From the NCBI GenBank assembly GCA_963710785.1, contig CAVQBM010000007.1, positions 298,246 through 362,245 on the forward strand: a stretch of DNA of 64,000 bases, in the 5' to 3' direction. Below the pieces are notes generated by a model. That model was not told where the DNA came from. It did no database searches and saw only the letters and a list, made by a program, of their open reading frames with translations. This document shows positions 56,198-64,000 of this stretch, piece by piece (positions within the stretch are counted from its first letter, which is position 1; every line of letters begins with the position of its first letter). The DNA comes from an uncultured Solirubrobacterales bacterium. Its GTDB lineage: Bacteria; Actinomycetota; Thermoleophilia; Solirubrobacterales; Solirubrobacteraceae. The translations under genes and the position numbers were made by a program.

Positions 56198-56800
56198 TCA
56201 TCGCCCGCCGCTCCGCGCCCCGCGCAGTGCCGCCGCGAGCAGCTCCTCGGCGCTCTCGCCCTCGGCCTCGCGCAGCAGCTCCTCCGCCTCGCCCGGGGCG
56301 TAGCCCAGCTCCAACAGCCCCTCGCGCGCCAGGCCCCGGTGTCCGCTGCCCCTGCGCGCCACGATCCCACCGGGGCCGCTCGCGATCGGGGAGTCCGCGA
56401 TTGAGACCTTCTCGCGCAGCTCCACGATGATGCGCTCCGCCGTGCGCTTGCCGATCCCGGGCACCGCCTGAAAGCGCGCGGCGTCGCCCGCGGCGATCGC
56501 TCCGAGCAGCTCGCGCGGAGGGCCGCCGGAGAGCACCGCGAGGGCGACCTTCGGCCCAACCGACTGCACGGAGAGCAGCATCAGAAACAGGTCGCGCTCG
56601 GGCTCGGAGTGAAAGCCATACAGCGAGAGCGCGTCGTCGCGCACGATCAGATGTGTGTGCAGCGTCGTCTCGCCGCCCACCGCGGGGACGTGGTGGAGGG
56701 TCTCCAAGGAGACGGCCACGCGGTGGCCGACGCCGCTGCAGACGATCACGACGTGGTCGGAGCGGCGCACCGCCACCTCCCCGCGCAGCAGCGCGATCAC
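56198..56800 (-). CDS. ruvA: Holliday junction protein RuvA
   Basis: LYGF, VQSVGPKVAL and VPGIGKRTAERI motifs. Confidence 0.95.
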   Translation of the reverse strand: MIALLRGEVAVRRSDHVVIVCSGVGHRVAVSLETLHHVPAVGGETTLHTHLIVRDDALSLYGFHSEPERDLFLMLLSVQSVGPKVALAVLSGGPPRELLGAIAAGDAARFQAVPGIGKRTAERIIVELREKVSIADSPIASGPGGIVARRGSGHRGLAREGLLELGYAPGEAEELLREAEGESAEELLAAALRGARSGGR

Positions 56801-57297
56801 GCGAGCGCCTCCGCGAGTGCGCTGGCCATGGGCGCGCAGTTGGCGTGGCACAGCGCCACCGCGAGCGCATCGGCCGCGTGGTCGGGCGTGGGCAGCTCGG
56901 GCAGATCCAGGAGCGCCTGCACCATGCGCGCCACCTGGTCCTTCTGCGCACGCCCGTGTCCGCAGACCGAGGACTTGACCTTCTGCGGGGTGTAGCTCGT
57001 GCAGGGCAGCCCGTGGCGCCCGGCGGCGAGCATCACCGCGCCGCGCGCATGGCCCACGGCGAAGGCGGTGCGCACGTTCTGCCCGAAGTAGAGCTCCTCG
57101 AGGGCGACGGCGTCGGGGGAGTGCTCCTCCAGCAGACGATCCACGCCCGCGTAGACATCCACCAGGCGCCGCTCGATCGGAATGCCGGCACGCGTCTCGA
57201 TGACGCCGCCGTCGAGGGCAGCCATGCGCCCGCGGCGGCGCGTGATGACGCCGTAGCCGGTGGAGGCAAGGCCGGGGTCGATGCCGAGGACGATCAT
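56797..57297 (-). CDS. ruvC: Crossover junction endonuclease RuvC
   Basis: LGIDPG and DHAADALAVALCH motifs. Confidence 0.96.
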   Translation of the reverse strand: MIVLGIDPGLASTGYGVITRRRGRMAALDGGVIETRAGIPIERRLVDVYAGVDRLLEEHSPDAVALEELYFGQNVRTAFAVGHARGAVMLAAGRHGLPCTSYTPQKVKSSVCGHGRAQKDQVARMVQALLDLPELPTPDHAADALAVALCHANCAPMASALAEALA

Positions 57298-57390
57298 GAG
57301 GAGGGATTCTGCGCATCCCACCGGACGCCTGCCCCCAAGAGGGTGGCGCCAGTCGGCCGTAGGCCGACCAGCCGGGCCCCTCTGTTCATC

Positions 57391-57404
57391 AGAACAGGTG
57401 TTCG
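57391..57404. promoter_or_regulatory. LexA (SOS) box upstream of ruvC
   Basis: AGAAC-AGGT-GTTCG matches the Gram-positive GAAC-N4-GTTC consensus. Confidence 0.75.
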
Positions 57405-57409
57405 TCAGC

Positions 57410-58132
57410 TCAGGAGGACACCGCCGTGGGCAGACCCCACGGAGGCGCGCCGGTGGCCCAGAGGTCGTTGAGGGCGATGGCGTCCTTATAGGTGTCCATG
57501 CACTCCCAGAAGCCCTCGTGCCGGTAAGCGTGCAGCTGGCCATCTTCTGCGAGGCGCTCCAGCGGGCTGCGCTCCAGCACGGCATCCAGCTTCATGTAGT
57601 CGAGCGCGGAGGCCTCCATGCAGAAGAACCCCCCGTTGATCCAGTGATCGGAGCGCGGTTTCTCGCGAAAGCCCAGCACTCGACCGTTCTCGCGGTCGAG
57701 CTCGGTGACCCCGAATTGCAGCTCGGGGCGCACGACCGTCATCGTCGCCAGAGCGGAGTGGGCGTCATGGAAGGCAAGCAGCGCCTCCAGATTGATATCG
57801 GCGAGGCCGTCGGCGTAGGTGAGGCAGAACCGCTCGCCGCGGAGATGCGGGCCGAGGAGGTGAACGCGCCCGCCCGTTGGGGTGTCGAGTCCGGTGTCGA
57901 TGCAGCGCACCTCCACCCCCGGAGGCCAATCGCACGAGGCGGCAAAGCGCTCGATCAGATCCCCTCTATAGCCGGTTGCCAGAAGGAAGCGCTCGAAGCC
58001 CTGCGCCGCGTAGAGCTGGATCACGTGCCAGAGGATCGGCAGGCCGCCGATCTCGACGAGCGGCTTGGGAAGCTCCCGTGTGTGCTCCTGCAGGCGCGTG
58101 CCACGGCCCCCGCAGAGAATCGCAACCGGCGT
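57410..58132 (-). CDS. Glucose-1-phosphate cytidylyltransferase-like nucleotidyltransferase
   Basis: ILCGGRGTRL, PKPLVEIG, DTGLDTPTGGR, WINGGFF and FWECMDT motifs; no in-frame canonical start upstream of the first motif. Confidence 0.85.
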   Translation of the reverse strand, partial: TPVAILCGGRGTRLQEHTRELPKPLVEIGGLPILWHVIQLYAAQGFERFLLATGYRGDLIERFAASCDWPPGVEVRCIDTGLDTPTGGRVHLLGPHLRGERFCLTYADGLADINLEALLAFHDAHSALATMTVVRPELQFGVTELDRENGRVLGFREKPRSDHWINGGFFCMEASALDYMKLDAVLERSPLERLAEDGQLHAYRHEGFWECMDTYKDAIALNDLWATGAPPWGLPTAVSS

Positions 58133-58885
58133 TCAACCAGCAACGCGCTCGAGCATCTCGGCGGGGATGTCGTAGTTGGCGTAGACGGCGCCGACGTCGT
58201 CGTTGTCTTCGAGCGCGTCGATGAGGCGCATGAGCTTGCCCACCTGGCCTTCGTGCTGGATCTCTACTAGCGAGGAGGGGCGATAGATGAGCTCGGCGCT
58301 CTCGAGATCCACGCCGGCCCCCTCCAGTGCGCCGCGCACGGCGGCAAACTCGGCGAGCGGAGTGATGACCTCGAAGACACCGTCCTCGCCGGAGATATCC
58401 TCGGCGCCGGCCTCGATCGCGGCCATGAGGTCGTCCTCGGAGTAGCGCGAGGAGTCCACGAGCAGGACGCCCTTCTTGTCGAAGAGATAGCCCACCGAGC
58501 CGGGCTCCCCGAGCGAGCCACCGAACTTCGTGAAGAGGTGTTTGACATCGGCGCCGGTGCGGTTGCGGTTGTCGGTGACGGTCTCGACCATCAAAGCGAC
58601 GCCGGCGGGACCGTAGCCTTCATAGACGATCGACTCGAGCGACTCGGCATCCGAGCCGGCGCCGGTGCCCTTGGCGATGGCGCGTTCGATGTTGTCCTTG
58701 GGCATCGAGGCGGCCTTGGCCTTCGCGACGGCGTTCTCGAGCGAGGCGTTCGTATCGGGGTCCCCCCCACCGTCGCGCGCGGCGACGGTGATCGCGCGCG
58801 CGAGCTTGGTGAAGGCAGCGCCGCGACGCGAGTCGACGATCGCCTTCTTGTGCTTGATGGAAGCCCACTTGGAGTGACCGGACAT
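58133..58885 (-). CDS. yebC: YebC/PmpR-family protein
   Basis: MSGHSKWASIKHKK, YEGYGP and TDNRNRT motifs. Confidence 0.97.
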   Translation of the reverse strand: MSGHSKWASIKHKKAIVDSRRGAAFTKLARAITVAARDGGGDPDTNASLENAVAKAKAASMPKDNIERAIAKGTGAGSDAESLESIVYEGYGPAGVALMVETVTDNRNRTGADVKHLFTKFGGSLGEPGSVGYLFDKKGVLLVDSSRYSEDDLMAAIEAGAEDISGEDGVFEVITPLAEFAAVRGALEGAGVDLESAELIYRPSSLVEIQHEGQVGKLMRLIDALEDNDDVGAVYANYDIPAEMLERVAG

Positions 58886-59011
58886 GCTCTAAAGATAGTG
58901 TTTCGAGGCCCTTGAGTAGGGAGAGGCTCCGCTCCGCTACGCCTAGCGGGCCGCGTTGTGCGGAGCTATCTGGACTGCCGCACCCATGGGGAACACATAG
59001 GATGAGAGCCC

Positions 59012-60436
59012 ATGAAAGGAACCCTGGACCCCGAGATATTCAAGGCATATGACGTGCGTGGGCTCTACGGCGAGCAGATCGACGGCGATGTCGCCGAGGC
59101 CGTGGGTCGCGCGTTCGTGCGGGTGTTGGGTCAGCTAGCGGGCAAACCCGTGAGCGAGCTGAAGGTTGGTCTGGGAAGGGACATGCGCCTCAGCGCGCCC
59201 GAGCTCGCAGCGCGCTACCGCACGGGCATGACCACCGAGGGTGCGCACGTGCTGGATGCAGGGATGGTGGGCAGCGAGATGCTCTACTACCTCGTCGGCT
59301 CGAGGGGGCTCGATGGGGGGTTGATGTGCACGGCCTCGCACAACCCCAAGGCCTACACCGGCGCGAAGCTGGTGCGCGAGGGGGCGATCGCGCTAAGCGG
59401 CGATGCGGGTATCCAGGACGTGCGGCGCACGATCGAGGCGGGCCTCGGCGACGCCCCCCAGACGCCGGGCACGGTTGAGGATGTCGATGTCTACGCGGAG
59501 TTCCAGGAGGCGGCGCTGAAGTTCATCGACCCCGCGGCGGTGAAGCCGCTGAAGGTCGTGGTGGATGGCGGCAACGGCATGGCCGGACCGGTGGTGGGGC
59601 CGCTGCTCGAGCGCCTGGGCCTGGAGCGGATCGAGATGTACTGGACACCCGATGGGGAGTTCCCCGATCACGAGCCCAACCCGCTGCTGCCGGAGAACCG
59701 CGAGGCGATCATCGCGAAGGTGCGCGAGAGCGGCGCGGACCTCGGGATCGCGTGGGATGGCGACGCCGATCGCTGCTTCTTCATCGACGATACGGGGGAG
59801 TTCGTAGATGGCGACTTCCTCACGGCGCTCCTCGCGGAGTCGTTGCTGGAAAAGCGGGTGGGTGGGGATCCCAAACAAGCGATCCTCTACGACGTGCGAG
59901 CATCGTGGGCGGTCCCGGATACGGTGAAGCGCGCGGGCGGCACGCCCTATGTGAACCGCGTAGGGCATGCGTTCTTCAAGACGCGCATGCACAAGGAGGG
60001 CTCGCTGTTCGGCGGCGAGGTCTCCGGGCACTATTACTTCCGTGACTTCTACTGCGCGGACTCGGGCACGATCCCGGCGCTGTTGATGCTGGAGCTGCTC
60101 TCGCGAAAGGGCAAGAAGCTCTCGGAGCTGCTGAGGCCCTACCACGAGAAGTACTTCATCTCGGGCGAGGTCAACTCCGAGGTCGCCGACCCAAAGGCGA
60201 AGATGAAGGAGATCGAAGAGCGCTACTCAGACGCTCGCCAGGAGCATCTCGATGGGATCTCGGTGGACTACGAGCGCTGGCACTTCAATGTACGCCCCTC
60301 CAACACCGAGCCTCTGCTGCGCTTGTGCTTGGAGTCGCTGGAGAGCCCCGAGGACATGGAGCGCCGCCGCGACGAGGTGCTCGCGTTGATCCGCTCCTCC
60401 GCGACGAGCGGGTCGTCCGCGACAGCCGGGTCGTGA
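59012..60436 (+). CDS. Phosphomannomutase/phosphoglucomutase
   Basis: FKAYDVRG, TASHNP, DGDADR, GEVSGH and RPSNTEP motifs. Confidence 0.94.
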   Translation: MKGTLDPEIFKAYDVRGLYGEQIDGDVAEAVGRAFVRVLGQLAGKPVSELKVGLGRDMRLSAPELAARYRTGMTTEGAHVLDAGMVGSEMLYYLVGSRGLDGGLMCTASHNPKAYTGAKLVREGAIALSGDAGIQDVRRTIEAGLGDAPQTPGTVEDVDVYAEFQEAALKFIDPAAVKPLKVVVDGGNGMAGPVVGPLLERLGLERIEMYWTPDGEFPDHEPNPLLPENREAIIAKVRESGADLGIAWDGDADRCFFIDDTGEFVDGDFLTALLAESLLEKRVGGDPKQAILYDVRASWAVPDTVKRAGGTPYVNRVGHAFFKTRMHKEGSLFGGEVSGHYYFRDFYCADSGTIPALLMLELLSRKGKKLSELLRPYHEKYFISGEVNSEVADPKAKMKEIEERYSDARQEHLDGISVDYERWHFNVRPSNTEPLLRLCLESLESPEDMERRRDEVLALIRSSATSGSSATAGS

Positions 60437-61473
60437 GCCCGTTCTCGCCCACCGAGGGAGAACGCCAAGCCGATCGTACCGCGCTCGCGCGTGCGGCCGC
60501 CGAGGGGGTGCACCGCCTGGCGATCCCCACTCCCTTTCAGGTGGGGCGCGTGAACGCATACCTGATCGAGGACGAGCCGCTCACGCTGATCGATTCGGGT
60601 CCCAACTCGGCGAAGGCGCTGGACGAGCTCGAACAGGCGCTCGCGGCGCTGGGCCACACGATCGAGGACATCGAGCTGCTGGTGATCACCCACCAGCACA
60701 TCGATCACTTCGGCCTAGCCTCGATCCTCGCGCGGCGCTCCGGCGCGGAGGTCGCGGCGCTCGCCGGCCTCGATGCATATCTGGGCAACTTCCGCGAGGA
60801 AACCGAACTCGACGATGTGTTCGCGGAGCGCACGATGCTGCGCCACGGCATCCCCGCCGAAGTAGTGGGCGCCCTGCGCGCTGTCTCGGCAAGCTTTCGC
60901 GCGTGGGGCTCCACGGTGGAGGTGACGCGCACACTCGCCGACGGTGAGGAGCTGAAGCTGGCGAACCGCACGCTGCGCGTGCTGCACCGTCCCGGCCACA
61001 GCCCCTCGGACACCCTCTTCTGGGACGAGCGGCGCTCGCAGCTGTTCGTGGCCGATCACCTGCTCAAGCACATCTCCTCCAACCCTCTGCTCGCGCGCCC
61101 GCTGGGCGCCGCGAAGGACTTCAGAGGCCCGCGCCCGCAGGCGCTCGTAAGGTACCTCGCCTCGCTCGAGGCCACGCGCACGATGGATGTCGAGGTTGTG
61201 CTCCCCGGACACGGCCCGCCAATCGCAGACCATGCGGCGCTGATCGAGCTGCGCCAGCGCATGCACGAGCGCCGCGCGAAGCGCATCCACGGCCTGATCG
61301 CCAAACAGCCCCGCTCCGCGCACGACCTCGCAAGCGAGATGTGGGGCGACATCGCGGTGACCCAGGCATACCTCACGCTCTCCGAGGTCCTCGGCCACAC
61401 CGACATGCTCATCAACGCCGGGATCGTCGAAGAGATCGAGGAGGATGGCGTGGTGCGCTTCGCGGCGGTGTGA
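60433..61473 (+). CDS. Metallo-beta-lactamase-fold hydrolase
   Basis: THQHIDH, PGHS and LPGHG motifs. Confidence 0.88.
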   Translation: MSPFSPTEGERQADRTALARAAAEGVHRLAIPTPFQVGRVNAYLIEDEPLTLIDSGPNSAKALDELEQALAALGHTIEDIELLVITHQHIDHFGLASILARRSGAEVAALAGLDAYLGNFREETELDDVFAERTMLRHGIPAEVVGALRAVSASFRAWGSTVEVTRTLADGEELKLANRTLRVLHRPGHSPSDTLFWDERRSQLFVADHLLKHISSNPLLARPLGAAKDFRGPRPQALVRYLASLEATRTMDVEVVLPGHGPPIADHAALIELRQRMHERRAKRIHGLIAKQPRSAHDLASEMWGDIAVTQAYLTLSEVLGHTDMLINAGIVEEIEEDGVVRFAAV

Positions 61474-61518
61474 TGCCTCTGCGCTCCGCACCACCCGTGG
61501 TGTCACCGGTGGTGCAGC

Positions 61519-61746
61519 TCAGGCGGCTGCAACCTCGACCTGAGGTGGAGGGAGCATTCGCAGCAGCTCGGCCGGCAGTCGACTGCTTGCCTGCCAGAAC
61601 TCCAGCCCCACGACCTCGCCCGTCCTCGGATCGATTTCCCGCAGTCCCGAATCGGACTCCTCGCCCACGGCCGTGCTCGGGTCGTAGCCCTCGAAGCGAA
61701 CCCAGGCAATGTCCGCCTCGGCATCGTAGTGGCCTTCGATTCGCAT
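61519..61746 (-). CDS. DUF2283-like protein (putative antitoxin)
   Basis: YDAEADIAWVRF...GEVVGLEFWQAS pattern; acidic. Confidence 0.75.
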   Translation of the reverse strand: MRIEGHYDAEADIAWVRFEGYDPSTAVGEESDSGLREIDPRTGEVVGLEFWQASSRLPAELLRMLPPPQVEVAAA

Positions 61747-61755
61747 GAGCATAGG

Positions 61756-61992
61756 CTAGCGCCGCCAGACCGTCACGACCCGTGCGGTCAATGCGTCTTC
61801 GCCATCTGGGTACTCGTAGATGACCACTGCGCTAGCCCCGAACACCTTCCATCCTGCCCTACCGCCGTTGCGCCGGCGTTCGCTATGTGCTTGAAGCACG
61901 ACATCCTCGATGTCGCTACGAGCAAACCCCATCTGCCGCGCCTTGTCGAGCGCGTGGAAGGTCCAGCTCACGAAGATCGGACCGGTGGACAC
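61756..61992 (-). CDS. DUF4258-like protein (putative RNase toxin)
   Basis: WTFHALDKARQMGFARSDIEDVV...VVTVW; TAGTCT 8 nt before the GTG. Confidence 0.7.
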   Translation of the reverse strand: MSTGPIFVSWTFHALDKARQMGFARSDIEDVVLQAHSERRRNGGRAGWKVFGASAVVIYEYPDGEDALTARVVTVWRR

Positions 61993-62283
61993 GGCGCGGC
62001 AGACTATCCGCGCCTCCAGTTGTTTCAGCCGACCGCGTTTGACAACGCGTGGGGCGAGTGCGGCAGCGCCCGGTGCGCCCGTGCAGGTAGCGCGGGGTGT
62101 GGCGAACAACGCGGCAAATGATTTAGCCCCCGCCCGCCTCGGCCCTGCCGGCCCCTTAAGAATTCTTTGCACCGAGAACCCATCCGACCGACGGCATCTT
62201 CGCTCCTGCCCTAGGAAAAAACAAGGAAGTACAGTAGAGTCCTTGATATGTTGGACAGGGTGTAGGAGGGAGTGGTCTAGCTG

Positions 62284-63692
62284 ATGCATATGGATGGGCA
62301 GGCCACGCAGGCCAATCCGCATCTGAACGTGTTCGAGCCCTACCGGGAACTCGCGAGCCATCACGAGGATCAGCTCACGCGTGCCGCGATGATCGTTTTG
62401 CGGATGGTGCCGCTTGCGCGCGAGACACTCCTGGCGGCCATCGGCGAGGGCTCGCAGAGCGGCCTCCCGGAGTGCTCGCTGGATATGCAGGCCACGCATG
62501 TGGTTGACCCCGAGGCGCCGCCCGGCGAGGAGGCGCCCGCGCGGGGCGGCTCGTTAGCGTCTTTCTCACACCCGACATCGAGCCCTTCGCGCTCGCCGAG
62601 GAGGTCTCCGAGACCGACCGCGGGCAGCGCTTCGATGGGGTGCTGCGCTTCGATCCTGACCTCGTGGTGGTCGTCGAGAGCAAGGTCTGCCAGCGCTGGG
62701 CGCGCCGCGATGGGCACCGCGCGGCCGAGCTCAACCTGCAGGGCGTGCGCTTTGCCGAGCAGCGCACCTGCCTTCTGCCGTGGCACGATCTGCTGGAGTC
62801 CTGGATGCGGCTGATCGAGCTCGACGTGCTCTCCACGGCCGAGCGCGCGCTCGTGCAGGACATGCTCGACTACGCCCACCGCGACTTCGCGCACCTGCTC
62901 CCCTTCGGCAGCCTGCGGCGCGCGGGCTCCGATCCCACGCGCCGCCTGCGGCGGCTGCGCTCGCTGCTGGCGCAGGCCACGGGCGTGCCCGTCGAGCGGG
63001 GTTCGCTCGTGCACGTGCGCCTCGATACCGCGCTGGGCGTCGTCTCCTTCCAGCGCGTGGCGCTCGATCTAGTCGCCGACCAGCTCGTGCTGCACGTGTG
63101 GCCCGGCGAACTCAAGCACCAGGCCGAGCAGCTCTACGCCGCCGAGCACGCGCTCGCGCTGAGCGCACTCGCCGGACCAGGGCAGCCATGGAGCGTGGAG
63201 CCCCAGCCGCTCTTGGGCTATCGCAACGCTCCCGTGCGCTCGCGGGTCTACCTCACGTGCACGCTCTCGGCCGCCACCTACGCGCAGCGCTGGCAGGGCG
63301 AAGACTGGGAGCGCGTGGGCGCCCACCACCGCAACCACATCCTCGATGACCTCTGGCCGTGGCTCCTCGCGCGCGGCTACGCATCCCCCAGCGACCTCGA
63401 GGGGGTGAGCGGCTTCGTCGATTCGCTTGGCCGGCGCTTCGCGCACCTGCGCCCGGGGATGCACGTCAAGCGCCTCTGGTCGCTCGAGCATGCCGAGGAG
63501 TTGGATGACGCCGGTCTGCTCGCCAGGGAGGTGCGCGAGGCGATCGCCGAGGTGCTGCGCCGGCTGGAGGAGCCGCCTTTGCCGCCCACCGACGGAGGAC
63601 TGCCCGGGGAGGCTCCGCCGACCGCGGCAGGCGAGCCTCGCCCCAACTGGAGTCAGGCCGCTCGCGCCCCGGTTGGCGCCGGTGAGGGATGA
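62284..63692 (+). CDS. Uncharacterised PD-(D/E)XK-like nuclease-domain protein (frameshift near 62545)
   Basis: HEDQLTRA...RFDGVL...VVVESK once the two ORFs are joined. Confidence 0.55.
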
Positions 63693-63703
63693 GCCACTTC
63701 CAT

Positions 63704-64000
63704 CTATGAGGGGATCGCGCCCCCGCGCCTGCCCCTCACAGCCGCCAGGAACAGCTCGTGCACGCGATCGTCACCGGTGAGCTCGCTGTGGAATGCAACC
63801 ACCAGCCGGTCGCCTTCGCGGGCCGCCACCGGGTGCCCCTCTATTTCCGCCAGCACCTCCACCGCGGGACCGTGCTCGGCAATCCAGGGCGCGCGGATGA
63901 AGACCCCACGCACGGGACCCCCCTCCAGGCCGGCGACATCGAGGTCGGCCTCGAAGGAGCGTGTCTGGCGCCCGAAGGCATTGCGCTCGGCGCGCAAGTC
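63704..64000 (-). CDS. pdxT: PLP synthase glutaminase subunit, 3' part only
   Basis: RNAFGRQ..SFEA, VFIRAP and AFHSEL motifs. Confidence 0.92.
   Translation of the reverse strand, partial: DLRAERNAFGRQTRSFEADLDVAGLEGGPVRGVFIRAPWIAEHGPAVEVLAEIEGHPVAAREGDRLVVAFHSELTGDDRVHELFLAAVRGRRGGAIPS

Noticed and set aside
58890-59005. Nested inverted repeats (GCTCCGC...GCGGAGC, CCGCTA/TAGCGG) as an ncRNA
   Set aside because: Short GC-rich stems in a divergent promoter region, with no recognisable RNA family or second copy.

Overview
High-GC core-genome window. Gene content and order (mIHF, pyrR-pyrBC-carAB, rpoZ-gmk, yebC-ruvCAB) suggest an Actinomycetota genome, probably Thermoleophilia/Solirubrobacterales (inference). 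Most genes are on the minus strand: acyl-CoA dehydrogenase pair, cinA-rodZ-ftsK, rnj-dapA-dapB-M16 peptidase-pnp-rpsO-ribF-truB-nrnA-rbfA-infB-nusA-rimP, coaBC-rpoZ-gmk-mIHF, the pyr operon, rnz, thrC-like/moaD, relA-recJ-secDF, ruvBAC-yebC and pdxT. There is one tRNA-Arg(CCG). Many housekeeping genes contain small frameshifts, most likely sequencing/assembly indels. No CRISPR array, rRNA, integrase or transposase was seen. The most interesting signals are: a P4-less SAM-I riboswitch with a readable RBS-sequestering platform upstream of a ThrC-like enzyme and a sulfur carrier; a candidate copper-handling membrane cluster next to ctaG, including an unannotated 47-aa membrane protein; a C3H zinc-finger tail on NusA; a Zn-ribbon/PAS protein upstream of secDF; shuffled palindromic intergenic modules; pervasive leaderless promoters that reuse upstream TAG stop codons; and a small TA plus PD-(D/E)XK nuclease islet.
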